64,000 nucleotides of DNA from Octopus sinensis (GCF_006345805.1 NC_042997.1:155000001-155064000), one strand, 5' to 3'. Numbered from the stretch's first letter, positions 1 to 13,780 are shown. Notes: generated from the sequence alone by a model not told the origin. Program-made: numbers and translations.

Positions 1-154
1 TCAAAATATAAACAATCACATCATAGAGGTCTCGATTGTACGAGAAAATGCATGATTAATTCAAAACAATGTAAATAAATAGGCATTACATTTGACAGTA
101 TAATCTGAATGCTAAAGGGTCAGTGTTAGTAGGGTATGATTTGACCCTGTAGAG

Positions 155-626
155 CAGTGTTTCAAGCTTTTTACCCTTGTGTAACCCTTAAAATAAATTA
201 CATATCTCAAGGAACCCTTGCACGAAAAAAATTATATACCATATCTTTCTCATATTTTTTCATCATAGTTCACGTGGTAAATATCACATGCTAGCATGGA
301 AAACGGACGCTAAATGATGATGATGATGATGATGATGATGATGCATGTGTGTGTGCATGCTTGCGTGTGTACATACATACATTCATACATACATACATAC
401 ATACACACATACATACATATGGTTGTTTTATTTTTTTGATAACATAATAGATTAGACAGGATGATGTCTATATTACAATACTGTAGTAATCAATAATATT
501 TTGTGCATGTATTGTAATAGTATGATCATGAAATTAGCATTAGTTTATCTCACTCTTTCTCATGGAACCCCTAGAAGCCTTTTGCAGAACCCTAGTGTTT
601 CAGAGAACCCCAGTTGAGAAACGCTG
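155..626. mobile_element. hAT-type MITE containing an RTE 3' tail and microsatellites
   Basis: Termini CAGTGTTTC...GAAACGCTG with a perfect 8-bp TSD CTGTAGAG (147-154, 627-634). Confidence 0.8.
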
Positions 627-731
627 CTGTAGAGATTTCATCATGTGTGGGTGTGGGTACAGTGATAAATTTTTCTGAGTGCAACTGTGCATGCTTACAT
701 GTTGTCATATACATCAACAAATAAAGTTTAC

Positions 732-900
732 CTTCGATACACCCTGACGCTAAGCATTTAATACAAGAGAGATCCATTTTTAGGGTAAATGGTCCTCTTA
801 AAGGATCTGATTGAGGCCACTGTGGTAAAGCAAATGGATCCAGAGGTACAGGTAAGAGATGGAACCCGCCGTTCTGGGTTTTCCGAGACCACGTGTAAAT
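732..900 (-). CDS. DEPDC5: DEPDC5 exon, C-terminal domain (IYTWSRKTQNGGFHLLPVPLDPFALP...SDPLRGP); gene continues beyond the window start
   Basis: ttttcag acceptor, gtaaac donor, 169 nt, phase 0-1; GFHLLPVP/DPLR motif resembles the DEPDC5/Iml1 CTD. Confidence 0.9.
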
Positions 901-1145
901 CTGAAAAGAAACAAATATTTCAATGATAAATTAAACAAACCAAAATGAAAACAATACAATAGCAGAAGTGTTAGTAACCAGATCAAGGATTTATGAAGAA
1001 ATATTTTCAAAAGTGGTAGGCATTCAGAAGGGTATTCAGTTGTAGTAGGAATCAGAACAGACATTAGGGCTCAACACAGCCCTCTGACCTGTCAGATGTT
1101 GATAAAACACCCAACCGATACCAGTATGGAATATGGATGCTAAAC

Positions 1146-1176
<31 letters not shown>

Positions 1177-2063
1177 GTGATGATGGTGATGATGATGTTG
1201 TTGTTGTTTGAGCCTAAATCAACCCTGCAGCTCACGAGTTCTCTGTAAAACTGTCCAACCCATGCTAGTGTGGAAAGCAGACATTAAAAATGATGGTGGT
1301 GGTGGTGATGATGATGATGATGGTGATGATGTTGTTTGAGTCTAAATCAACCCTGCAGCTCACCAGTTCTCTGTAAAACTGTCCAACCCAAGCTAGCATG
1401 AAAAGCAGACATTAAATGATGATGATGATGATGATGTGATAACGATGACGATAACGATGGTGGTGACGACGACGACTCTACAAAGGTGTGATTGTTTCAG
1501 CTTTGAACATAAAAACTTTAATCTTATTCAGATCAAGTCACTTACGAAACAAGTACAACTCTGAACATAAACTAAGTTCCGAAAGAACATTAATCCCAAT
1601 ACAATAATTGTTTGGCAAAAGGAATAAGAATCCAAAATCAATATTATCAGCAAAATACATTCAATGTTAACAGAAAGACCAAACAAAACAAGTTGGAGAA
1701 AACCACAATGGAAATTACCTTCTAGGTTCTGCTTTTGTTTTTCTTTCGTTTTTTTTTTTTCAAAAAATATTTAAACATGGAGAAGTTTAAAATTTTATTT
1801 TATTGTTATTTCTTTAGCTAAACCCAGACAGAAAGTCAAATATGTGCTGACATTTTCAAAAGTGGGCGGATAAACATCGTTTACAATGTTTATCAGCTCA
1901 CAATGTCACTCAAATACAATTGTAGTTTTATTTTATCAGAAATTTAGAAAGAAAAATGTTTCAGAAGTTCCACCACAAACTAATTCTTTTTACATTTTCG
2001 TTATCACCACGACTATCACCACCACCATCTTCTAGTTTTCCCTATAGAGAAATCAATGCATGA

Positions 2064-2096
<33 letters not shown>

Positions 2097-2103
<7 letters not shown>

Positions 2104-2512
2104 AATCTTTTACTTGTTTCAGTCATTTGACTGCAGCCATGCTGGAGCACCACCTTTAGTTGAGCAAATCAACCCCAGGACTTATTCTTTGTAAGCCTAG
2201 TACTTATTCTATCGGTCTCTTTTGCTGAACCACTAAGTTACGGAGACACAAACACACCAGCATCGGTTGTCAAGCGATGTTGGGGAGACAAATACAGACA
2301 CACAAACACACACACACACACTCACACACACATATATATGCATATATACAATGGGTTTATTTCAGTTTCCGTCGACCAAATCCACTCACAAGGCTTTGGT
2401 AGGCCTGAGGCTATAGTAGAAGACACTTGCCCAAGGTGCCATGCAGTGGGACTGAACCCGGAACCATGTGGTTGGTAAGCAAGCTACTTACCACACAACC
2501 ACTCCTGCACCT
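2097..2512 (-). mobile_element. tRNA-derived SINE family A with internal (CA/TA) microsatellite
   Basis: A/B-box-like head GGAGTGGTTGTGTGGTAAG...GGTTCAGTCCC, CCTTGGGCAAGTGTCTT core, AAAAGAG-type tail; near-identical copies at 25543 and 62037. Confidence 0.8.
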
Positions 2513-2609
2513 ATAACAATACTGTGCATCAATCCCTTCATTTGTTCCTAATTTGACTAAGTTAATTAAATTAAGATTTTCTCAGGCAAAAACAGCAATA
2601 CTAATAATA

Positions 2610-3050
2610 CTGGTTTCAAATTTTAGCACAAGGCCAACAAGTTCGTGGGGGGAGGGCGCTTAAATCAATTGCATTAACCCCAGTAGTCAGCTGGTACTTA
2701 TTTTATAGATCCCAAAAGGATGAAGGTCAAGCTGACCTCAGTGGAATTTGAACTTGGAACATAAAGTAGGACTAAATGCCGCAAAGCATTTTGTCCTGCA
2801 TACTAACAACTGTACCAACTTGCCACCTTAACAATAATAATCCTTTCTACTACAGGCACAAGGCCTGAAATTTGTGGGGGTGGGAGGGGACTAGTCGATT
2901 ACATCGACCCCAATGTTTCACTGGTACTTAATTTCTCGATCTCAAAAGAATGAAAGGCAAAGTCAACCCAGTCGGAATTTGAACTCAGAACAAAGACAGA
3001 TGAGATGCCACTAAGCATTTTGCTCGGCATGCTAACGATTCTGCCAGCTT
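2610..3050 (-). mobile_element. Two adjacent degenerate SINE family B copies (MetaSINE-like)
   Basis: Similar to the 6957 element: GCCTTTCAT(C/T)CTTT...AAGTACCAG motif and tRNA-like head. Confidence 0.65.
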
Positions 3051-4326
3051 AGTTGTTTACAGACTATAACATAAAAGTAGCAAAGTTAAGAAAGTATCTC
3101 AATAATGGTACCATTAACAGATTTCAATCTGACACAGCTATTCAGACCAGACCTCTGATTACCTCTCCAGCCACAATTTTTTTTTCCCATCACATACTCA
3201 GACAATTGTAAAAACCTCACCAGTTTGCAAACGTCTACAAAGGTCACAGGTTCTGTCTCTTCTTCTCCGACTAACTTATAAGAAATGAGTACAGAATACA
3301 TGTTATTCATTTGTTTATTGTAGGTGAGGCTTGGTGCTGGCATTGCTATGTGGTAAGTTTTCTTCCCAGCCATATGGTTCAAATCCACCACACAGCACCT
3401 TGGACGAGTGTCTGCTGCCATAGCCTCAAGCTAACCAAAGCCTTGTGATTGAATAAGGTTGATGGAAACTGAAAGAAACCTAACCATATATCTCCCAATG
3501 ATGGTGATGACGATGATGATGGAATTATTGCTGCTGCTGTTTTTATCAGAAGAGGAAAAGTCACACCTTTACATGTGGATATTAAATATTTTTCAATTAG
3601 GTTTCACTGAGACAAGTAAAATGATTCTATTTGAAATGAATAAAAATCTTGGTTAGCCCTCATCAAACACCTACACCCAGGACAATCTTGTCTTCCTCTC
3701 TGGAATAGCATACCTCTGATTAATTAACCAATGTCTCCTTAAGACTGAGGTTTAAAGGAGATTTAGCTCTTATTTATAGCAAGTCAAGCAACAATGTAAA
3801 GTACCCCTTGTTAGTAGTAATCTGTTGTTAATTTCATCATCCTTCTTTAACTGAAGCATCATTACCATCATCATTTAATGTTCATTGTCCATGCTGGCAA
3901 GGGTTGGATGGTATGACCAGAGCTGGCAAGCTGGGGAGCTGCACCAGACTCTAGTCTGATTTGGCATGGTATCTACAGCTGGATGCCCTTCCTAATGCCA
4001 ACCACTTTACAAAGTCTGCTGGATGCTTTTACATGGCACCTCATGGGTGCTCTTATGTGGTACTGCACATACACTTTTACATGGCACTGCACAGGCACTT
4101 TTAGGTGGCACTGCACAGGCAATTTTTACATGACACCACTATGAGTGCTTTACACCACCAGAGGAACCAATCTTAACACTTCTGCTGTGGAGTAAATGTT
4201 TTCTAATTCTTATAAATTCTCATAAATTCTGACTCCAGCAAATTTTTATATAAAACTGGATGTAAATCTGTTTTAAATAAATGGGAATAATTTTTGTACC
4301 ATTGCTTTATTTATTTATTTATTTTA

Positions 4327-4375
<49 letters not shown>

Positions 4376-5002
4376 GCTTAGTCAAAAGGGAAGGGCAAGA
4401 GCCCATGACCCTTTACAGGGCCTCAAGACTGGTAAAAGGGCAAGAAAAAGGTATCCTTAAACCAGAGATCTGGCTCAGAGTGAACACTGCTAAAAGGGAC
4501 CTAATGGATCATTTGGGTGTTAAACTGAGCAACAGATGAAGACCACCACCCCAACTAGACCTCAGTGGGATTTGAACTTGTAATGCAAACAGCCAAAACA
4601 AATATCACAAGATATCCTATCTGATGCTTTGAAGTTTCCACCTGTCCACCGTCTCTATCAGCCTTGGATGAATTAAAATCAAAGCTGACCTCAGCAGGAT
4701 TTGAACTCAGAAACCAGGGTACCAGAGTAATTACTACAAGATATGCTGTCTGATGTTCCAATTCACTGCTTTGAATAATTTTTGTTGTAATTCACTTCAC
4801 ACCATGACCTAATAAATTATAAATTGTTGTTGTTGTTGTTGTTGTTGTGGTGGTGGTGGTGGTGGTGGTGGTACTTGTTATTTAACCCCAGATCACCTCT
4901 GGTTGAGTAGATCTATGATTAAAGGTATACCAGCATGGCTTTGCCACCTTGTTCACTTCAGACAGAATGCATTTAGGCCTACACTACCCAATGTCTTTTA
5001 CA

Positions 5003-5300
5003 TCTTTTTACTTTTTTCAGTCATTGAACTGTAGATATGCTGGGGTACCGCTTTGAAGGGTTTTAGGTCAAACAGTCAACCCCAGTACTGATTTTCAAGC
5101 CTGATACTTATTCTATCAATCACTTCTGTCGGACTGCTATGTTACAAGAACATAGTCAAGCAGAGGTCACACACACAGAGGCACAGACACAGACACACGA
5201 ACATGCATGTATACAACCAGCTCTTTCAGTTTCTGTCTACCAAATTCATTCACAAGGCTTTGGTCAGCCCAGCTATAGTAGAAGACACAAGCCCATAGTA
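5003..5300 (-). mobile_element. SINE family A, degenerate
   Basis: Similarity to the 2097-2512 copy. Confidence 0.6.
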
Positions 5301-5700
5301 CTACATACAGAAATTTTTAATATGGTAGTATGTGACATGAGGAAGATTTGGCCAATTGTTCTAGAAAGTATAGAAAACACATAGAAGTTCCTTCATTAAC
5401 TTCAATGATAGACAATAAAAAAAGGGCTGTACCAAAAATAGTGCAAAAATGGAAATTTTTTTTTCATTAAGTGGCAAGAAAGGTAAGGGAGACAATTCCA
5501 AAATACAAATTAAAAGATGAATGAAAGTACTGACTGGGGTGAGGTAGGTTTGATCTTTGGCAAGTACAGTGACAACCCATGTTTCCATCTTTTTAGACCT
5601 CCTCAGCAAAACTTGACAAATACAAGAGACAACTCTAGATATATTTGACTGTTATTGAAATTCTTCAGCAGAATTATATTCTTCTGTAACAAGCTAAAAG

Positions 5701-6105
5701 TAGGTGCCAGTATGGTTGTGTGGTTAAGAAGCTCGATTTGCAACCATGTCGTTTCAGGTTCAGTCCTACTGCATGGCACCTTGGGTAAGTGTGATCTACT
5801 ACAGCCCTAGGTTGACCAATGCTTTGTGAGTCAATTTGGTAGACAGAAACTGTGAAGAAGCTTGTCATGTATATGTATGGATGTATGTGTGTGTGTGTGC
5901 TTTTGTGTTTGTCCCCCACTACAGTTTCATAACAATTATTGGTTTGTTTACATCCCCATAACTTAGTGGTTCGGCAAAAGAGATCAATAGAATAAGTACC
6001 AGACTGTAAAAAAAGAATAAGTCAATTCATTCAACTAAAATCCTTTAAGGTGGTGTCCCAGCATGGCTATAGTCCTTAGACAGACATAAGTAAACGATAA
6101 AAGAA
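5701..6105 (+). mobile_element. SINE family A, degenerate
   Basis: Head TGGTTGTGTGGTTAAGAAGC...GGTTCAGTCC, core GGCACCTTGGGTAAGTG. Confidence 0.65.
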
Positions 6106-6956
6106 AAGTGTCAAAATTTTTTCTTCTTGTGTTCAAGGGAGAATGACAAAAAAATTAACTTCCGGTAACATGAGACCATATCAATCAGTCAATCCTGAAA
6201 TGCATGATATCACAAAAATCATACTAACTTTGTTAACATTCATTTTTAAGGAAGTGAGGAACTCTCTAATGTAAGGGAGGGAATTCTAATTCCTCCTTCT
6301 GTCATTCATATGTTCTGTAACAGAATAACTAGAGGACTATGTTTTTAAATTAGAATTTTTTCATAGGATATTAAAAGATGTTGAACAACTGAGCATACCA
6401 TTTTTTGCATATCTAAAATTAAAGTACCTAATGTGTCTTTTTTTTTTTAAAGATGAAGTGATTTGAAGGTGTGATACAATGGCGATTTAGCAGTTATTTT
6501 TAACAGAATGAAGAACCATGTATCACAAACATTCCCAAGCATTTCACAATCAAACACCCCTTTTAGATTAATTTTCCCGTGGATCTCAAGCTTTTTGAAA
6601 TCTCCATCTACACAACAAACAGATTTTGTTCTCTAAAAACAAGCTCTTTGCCCACTTTTATCTTTTAGCTGAAAGGTATATGTAATTGAATAATTATAAC
6701 TGAATAATTATACATTCTGCACTTCAACTTCTTAAAATTTTGAAAACTGTTCACAGACCAACAGTACTATCTTTAATCACCTCTGGTAACCAACAAGCAT
6801 GAACCAATGAGGAAGCTTCATTGAACCCACAGCAGATTTAAAGTCAGAACCCAGAAATAGACATAACTATATATACTGTGAGCCATTCTGCTGCCAACAC
6901 TGCTGTTTCTGTCACACACCTACTCTTCTTTAGTGCCTCTGATAATAAAATAGAGA

Positions 6957-7556
6957 AGGTGGCGAGCTGGCAGAAACGTTAGCACGCCGGGCAAAATGCA
7001 TAGCCGTATTTTGTCTGCTGTTACATTCTGGGTTCAAATTCCACCGAGGTCAACTTTGCCTTTCATCCTTTCGGGATTGATAAATTAAGTACCAGTCACG
7101 CACTGGGGTCGATGTAATCGACTTAATCTGTTTGTCTGTCCTTGTCTGTCCCCTCTATGTTTAGCCCCTTGTGGGTAATAAAGAAACAGGTATTTCATCT
7201 GCCGTTACGTTCTGAGTTCAAATTCCACCGAGGTCGACTTTGCCTTTCATCCTTTTGGGGTTGATAAATTAAGTACCAGTCACGCACTGGGGTTGATGTA
7301 ATCGACTTAATCTGTTTGTCTGTCCTTGTCTGTCCCCTCTATGTTTAGCCCCTTGTGGGTAATAAAGAAACAGGTATTTCATCTGCCGTTACGTTCTGAG
7401 TTCAAATTCCACCGAGGTCGACTTTGCCTTTCATCCTTTTGGGGTTGATAAATTAAGTACCAGTCACGCACTGGGGTTGATGTAATCGACTTAATCTGTT
7501 TGTCTGTCCTTGTCTGTCCCCTCTATGTTTAGCCCCTTGTGAGTAATAAAGAAACA
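6957..7556 (+). mobile_element. SINE family B (tRNA head plus Meta-like domain) with three tandem 184-bp units
   Basis: Units start at 7006, 7190 and 7374; 16-bp TSD GATAATAAAATAGAGA at 6941-6956 and 7557-7572. Confidence 0.85.
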
Positions 7557-8208
7557 GATAATAAAATAGAGAGTTGACAGAAATGATATGATTCCACAAG
7601 GAATGCTTTCACTCCCTCCAAAAGAATGCAAAAATAAGTATCAGTAATATATCCATAGGGGTCCATGAATACCATGTTGGGGATAGCTGGTTCACAGGCG
7701 TCATCATTGACTCAAACTAGTTGGTTACAGACAATGATTAAATCAAACAACAGCTCTCCTTCTTATCACAAGTTATGATTTGGTGCCAATAACTGAAATG
7801 AAACGTAAATTATCAAAGTTGATGAATTAATAAAAATCATTAAAGCATCTGACTGAAATGTCGTGCAGTGCTTTGTTTCACTCTTTTTTTTTTTTTTTGA
7901 TTCCTAGTTAAATATCTCAGCAAAGCCAGATGGGAGTTGCTTTCATCTGGGCAATGTGGTGTTGGAGTGATCAGTAAATGATTGGGATACAATTCAAAGT
8001 CTGCCTTCCTTCAGAAATCACTATTGAAGAAATTGACCAGTTACAATGTAACTATCAATTGACCATACTGTTGATGGCAAAACACACACACGCACTCACA
8101 AATACTACATATACACATACATATTCACTATGCAATGGCCATATTCTTAATATAAAAAATCTTGTGAGAATACACACACAAAAAAAATGTACAAATACTC
8201 TCATACAC

Positions 8209-8287
<79 letters not shown>

Positions 8288-8366
8288 TGAAGGTTTTCTG
8301 TGCAGTTTGTCTACACCCACACGTCTGTGTGTGTAAATAAATATATATATATATACATACATACAT

Positions 8367-8419
<53 letters not shown>

Positions 8420-9134
8420 TGCTCTGTCAGATTATTTTTTGAGCATCATATGTTGATGTTACCCACTAAACAGCAACAGATGGCAAGCTTTAGTCATGCT
8501 AATCTGTTTTTTTACCTCAAGGAATCAAATAAATAGACTAGTTAGATAACCTCTTGTATAAGGGAAAAGTTGAAATAGTTGCGACATGGAGAGATTATTA
8601 GTTGCTGTAGTTGCTGTTTTGTTAATTATTTTCTTTAACATATATGCCGAGTGGAGTAAAAAGTTTATCAGGAAAAACTGGTTGCTTTCACTCTCAATAA
8701 AAACCAAGCGAAAAGATATAAACTGTTTAGATTAATGTTACTCTATTGGCAAATAAATAAATATATCCACACACATACACACACACACACACAGAGAAAC
8801 ATATACTTATAAGTGCAAACATGCATATATACAGATACATCATACACATGCATACATATATGCATGTACACACTCTGCACTCTTGTTGGAAGCAAGTCCT
8901 GTGAAACATATACAACTAAATGCATACACACACACATGTTGAAGCATTTAAATGTTAACTGTACACACATACAATCACATATGCATCATCACACTGATAT
9001 GCGTGTGTGTGTGTGTGAATGTACATGTGTAGTTATATTCTCATATATACATATACATATGGTGTCACTACATACATATAGCCACATAGTTATATGCAAA
9101 TGCATCAGTCTCATACACATACATCCATATTTAG

Positions 9135-9166
<32 letters not shown>

Positions 9167-9705
9167 TACACAAATACATGAACACAAACAAATACACACA
9201 TAAATACATATATACTAACAAAAGATGCATAGTAACATGCACACACATTTAAATGTACAAAGAAACATCCTAGAAGATATATGTGTCCGTATCCAAAGAC
9301 ATTTGTCAAAAGACAATTCCATCCTTTCATCCTTACATACATCATTCTTTAATCACAATAGTATGTAGGGTCACTAGACATCAATACAATTTGTAATACA
9401 TCAATGCCATGATGTAGGGTTATTAGGTGATCATACAGTAATATGCCAGTGACATAGTATAGAGTTATTACTGTTGTAATATTGTATGTAATACATTAAT
9501 GTCAAAATGTAAAGCTACTACTGAAGTGATATGGTATGTAATACAGCAATGTCAGTGTGTAACATTACTACTGTGGTAATACAGTATCTAACACATTAAT
9601 GTCATACAGTAGGATTGCCACTAAGATGACACAGCATGCAATACAGCAATGTTACAATGTAGGGTCACTGCTGTGGTAATATGTTATGTAATACATCAAT
9701 GAACA

Positions 9706-10050
9706 GTGAAGGCACATGGCTTAGTGGTTAGAGGGTAAAGCTTACGATCGTGAGGTTGTGAGTTCAATTCCCAGACCGGGCTGTGTGTTGTGTTCTTGAG
9801 CAAGACACTTTATTTCACGTTGCTCCAGTTAACTCAGCTGTAGAAATGAGTTGCGACATCACTGGTGCCAAGCTGTATTGGCCTTTGCCTTTCCTTTGGA
9901 TAACATCAGTGGTGTGGAGAGGGGAGGCTGGTATGCATGGGCAACTGCTAGCCTTCCACAAACAATCTTGCCCTGACTTCTGCCTCAGAGGGTAACTTTC
10001 TAGGTGCAATCCCATGGTCATTCATGACTGAAGGGGATCTCCTCCTCTTA
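9706..10050 (+). mobile_element. tRNA-derived SINE family C (CORE-like)
   Basis: Head GGCTTAGTGGTTAGAG...GAGTTCAATTCC, then TGTGTTCTTGAGCAAGACACTT; copies at 16268, 31375 and 33434. Confidence 0.8.
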
Positions 10051-10207
10051 ATACATCAGTGACATAGATTAGGTTTACTACTATGATGATACAGCATGTA
10101 ACACAGGAATATTGTAGTATAAGGTCACAAGATAATGATACAGCAATGTTATAACATAGGAGCATTCTTTAATGATATAGTATGTAACAGATGAATGTCA
10201 AACTATA

Positions 10208-11498
10208 CGAGGGGCGTTCAATAAGTAATGCCCCTGACCCACTTCCCATAGCAGTAGAGCAACGAAATTTGGCACAGTTATTAGTCTTTTTCTACATAAA
10301 AACCACCCAGAGTTACGCATTTCTCCCATCGTTTGATGCAGCTCTGGAGACCGTTTTTGTAGAAGACCCCAGCTTGGTCCTCCAACCACGACGTGACTTC
10401 AGAAATCAAGGCTGCATCATCTGGGAAACGCTTTCCTTTCAAAAACAACTTCATGGCTGGGAAGAGGTGAAAATCAGAGGGTGCAAGGTCAGGAGAGTAG
10501 GGGGATGGGAGAGGAGTTCATAGCCGCATACCTGTGCTCCTGATCTGGTGACACGCGAGTTGTGGACCGGAGCGTTGTCCTGCAGCAGGAGGATGCCTTT
10601 GTTGATCTTGCCCCGCCTCTTGATTTTGATAGCTTCTCTTAATTTCCTCAAAAGTGAAGTATAATAGGCTCCTGTAACTGTGGTACCCTTTGCCAGGAAA
10701 TCTGTCATCACTACTCCGTCCTGGTCCCAGAAGACTGTGAGCATGACCTTACCAGCGGAGGGCTGCACCCTTGCCTTCTTTGGAGGAGGTGAGTCACGGT
10801 GCTTCCACTGCATTGACTGGGCTTTGGTCTCTGGATCATAGTGATGGATCCAGGTTTCATCCTGTGTAATCAGACTTTTGAAAAATTTTGACTCATCTTC
10901 TTGGCACATCTCCAAATTCACCCTCGAGCACTCGACGCGTTCTTGCTTCTGGAAAGGCATGAGCAACCTGGGAATCCATATGGCAGACACCTTTTGCATA
11001 TGCAAATGGTCATGAATGATAGTTTCCACAGACCCGGTACTAATCTTGACCTCATGGGCTATTTGGCGAATAATTATGCGTCGATCTTCCAAAATGGCAG
11101 CCTCAACTTGACGGACAGATGCCTCATCAATGGCAGAAGGGGGTGACCAGATCTGGGAGCTGTTTCCACAGAGTTCCGACCATGTTTGAATTCACGATGC
11201 CAGCGTTTTACAAGGTCATATGATAGGGCATCATCACCATAAGTTACTTTCATTTTATCAAAAGTCTTCCGTGGTGTGCGTCCTTTCAAATACAAAAACC
11301 GGATCACTGCTCGACACTCAACAGGCTCCATTTCACACTTGACTCAGTTCAAACACGTGTAAATCAGAAACCACAATTATTTCAGAGCTGTAATTTGCCA
11401 CTTAATCTATAGAGATATAAATAATTACACATGCAAAATTTCAGCTAGATCAAACAACTGCAAGTAGGTCAGAGGCATTACTTATTGAACGTCCCTCG
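10208..11498 (-). mobile_element. Full-length mariner transposon (irritans/Himar-like) with a frameshifted DD34D transposase
   Basis: ~37-bp TIRs CGAGGG(G/A)CGTTCAATAAGTAATGCC with TA at both ends; ORFs 11331-11074 and 11092-10451 contain WIPRLL, TQDETW, PSAGKVMLTVFWD, QDNAPVH. Confidence 0.95.
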
Positions 11499-11503
11499 TA
11501 GAA

Positions 11504-11758
11504 CAGTGTTTCTCAACCATTTTTTACTTAAAGACCCCTCAGATTCCTATTTTACTCAAATGGACCCACCTAGCCATTTGATGCTTAACAAATCATATTA
11601 CATTTTTATAATTAAATATCGAGAGGAAATGTATAACAGAAATTGTTAAAATATTTTGTGCATTGTAGAAGCATAACCAATGTATTGCAGATAAATTTTA
11701 ACAACAAAATCTTAAATGGACCTCCAAGGGTCACATGGACCCCAATTGAAAACCACTA
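11504..11758. mobile_element. hAT-type MITE
   Basis: Termini CAGTGTTTCTCAAC...TTGAAAACCACTA; TSD only partly recognisable. Confidence 0.6.
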
Positions 11759-11852
11759 ATCTAGAGTCACTCAGTTGTAATGATATGCTATGTAATACTT
11801 TGACATTATATAAGGGTCAATACCAAGATGAAAGATAAATATGTCTACTTAC

Positions 11853-12019
11853 AAGTTCACCAAAGACAGGTCCCGATGCCACCATCCATTGGACTTCTAA
11901 CTCAAAAGCACATTTGGAATGGAAACCCGAACTATATTTTGCTCTTGCCCATTCTACACGGTCACTCTTTTTGCCAGGATCAACATCCACATTACAAAAT
12001 TTATAGATTTCATTTTTAA
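11853..12019 (-). CDS. DEPDC5: DEPDC5 exon, CTD (YKFCNVDVDPGKKSDRVEWARAKYSSGFHSKCAFELEVQWMVASGPVFGEL)
   Basis: catttcag/gtaagt, 167 nt, phase 1-0; the SDRxEW...AFELxxxW motif is characteristic of Iml1/DEPDC5. Confidence 0.95.
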
Positions 12020-12811
12020 CTGAAATGAATTGAGAAAGACAAAAATAAAGAAACAAAAACAAAAAGAAACAACTTATAAGTAACATTTTAAAAATATGAT
12101 AGAGTTCTTTCTAATTTTGGCACAAGACCAGCAATTTTGAGACATAGAGAAAGTCAATTACATCAACTCCTATACACAACTGATACTTTATTTTATCAAT
12201 CCCAAAAGGATGAAATGCAAAGTTGACCTCAGTAGGATTTGAAATCAGAACAAAAAGAGCCAGAGTCTAAGCATTTTGTCTGAGGTGCTAATGATTCTGC
12301 CAGCTCACCTGTATTAATAATACAGGTGAAAAAAAAGCTGGAATAAGTTGAAGTTGAAGTGAAGCGATAGTCAAAAATATTTCAACTATGATCATCCTAA
12401 CTTGGTGTGTTTGAGTGTTTAAATATGTTAGAGTATGATTTGAGGGAGATTTGGTTGTTGTTTCAAGCATGTCAAATGACCACTTAGAGGTGCTGATGGT
12501 GATGCAGTTTATCTTCAAGTCAGCAATGTTCAGGTAGACAGACTAAATCCACTGCCTGGTTTTAAACTCTAACATCTGGCCATACAAGTGTCTTTAGCTT
12601 TGCTAACTCAATAACAAGTATTCAGGCTAAAATGCAATCTGGGATAACTTACTCTCTTCCTTTTATCAGTTTCAAAGGTGTTAGAAAAGGTCACAAACAC
12701 TGACCTTCCTCCTCTAACTCATCACCATCATCATTATTATTAACTATTAATCAAAAAGTCCACCTTTAATATGAGGAAATTCATTATTAAAATGAGATAG
12801 AATGTATATAC

Positions 12812-12925
12812 CTACAAGATCAGTAACTTCAGCAGAATCAGCTGATCCCATCGTAATGTCAAAAGAATTATTAGTATTTTTCTTGGTCCAGTACTCAGTG
12901 ACCATTGTAATTGCTTTGATTTTAT
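12812..12925 (-). CDS. DEPDC5: DEPDC5 exon, variable linker (KIKAITMVTEYWTKKN...VTDLV)
   Basis: aaatag/gtatat, 114 nt, phase 1-1, open frame compatible with neighbouring exons; no motif support. Confidence 0.65.
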   Translation of the reverse strand: MKSKQLQWSLSTGPRKILIILLTLRWDQLILLKLLIL

Positions 12926-13487
12926 CTATTTGAATTTTGGTTTTATTTTTTTTTATATTATCATATAAATTATTAATGCTTACACTTGTAAGTAGGTATA
13001 TTTTAATTAGTCTATTTTATGATTTAGCAGTCCTTGCATGAAATTTTTTTTCTATTTTTTAGACAAATATTACCCTGACAAGACTCATTTGCCTAAATGT
13101 GAATTTTTATAAATTCACTAGTGGATATGAATCGAAACAAATTGTAGGATATATATTTGTTTTGATTATCTGTTATATTATATTATATTATGTTATATTA
13201 TATTTTTTTATAGTATAATTATATTATATTATAATCATCATTGTCATCATCGTTATTTAATCTTCGCTTTCCATGTTGACATGGGTTAGTAAATTTTTAA
13301 TATGTCAATTGTATTTCTCTATTTCCTTTAATATTTAGATATTGAAATTATACCATTTTAAGCTCCAATTTTTTCTCTACTATATTGTAGTATTTAACTG
13401 AAGAACCAGTGAAAATTGGATGTTTTCCATCCCTTTGAAGGAAATTGCTTTTTCTTTGGATTGATTATAAATACATATATATACATA

Positions 13488-13780
13488 TTCTTTTATTCTA
13501 TTACTTGTTTCAGTCATTTGACTGCAGCCATGCTGGAGCACCACCATAAAGGGGTTTTAGTCAAACAAACTGACTCAAGGATGTATTCTTTGTAAGACGA
13601 GTACTTGTTCTGTTGGCCTCACCAAGCAATGGTGTGGGGGAGAAACACAGGCACACACACATAGATATATACATACATACATATATATATATATGATGGG
13701 CTTCTTTCAGTTTCCATTTACCAAATCCACTTACAAGGCTTTGGTCGGCCCAAGGCTATAGTAAAAGACACTTGTCCAAT
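13488..13780 (-). mobile_element. SINE family A, 5'-truncated
   Basis: Similarity to 2097-2512. Confidence 0.65.

Larger units (their letters stand above)
9355..11820. repeat. Degenerate ~40-45-bp minisatellite interrupted by a SINE, a mariner and a MITE
   Basis: Recurrent TAGGGTCACT...ATGTAATACATCAATG-like units at about 9355-9700, 10050-10200 and 11760-11820. Confidence 0.55.

Noticed and set aside
4294-4539. ORF with a poly-Met run
   Set aside because: It comes from a (GAT)n microsatellite, the same unit as the RTE tails.
7006-7556. Regular direct repeats suggesting a CRISPR-like array (also 36570-36950)
   Set aside because: No unique spacers, no cas genes, and a eukaryotic intron context; these are plain tandem repeats.
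7978-9345. Many overlapping ORFs rich in HT/YI/CV dipeptides (also 47735-50636 and 54315-55388)
   Set aside because: They are translations of (CA)n, (TA)n and (TACA)n microsatellites, not genes.
9706-9790. tRNA-like sequences with A and B boxes (also near 6957, 16270, 25860, 31640 and 33434)
   Set aside because: Each continues into a repeated SINE body, so these are SINE heads, not tRNA genes.
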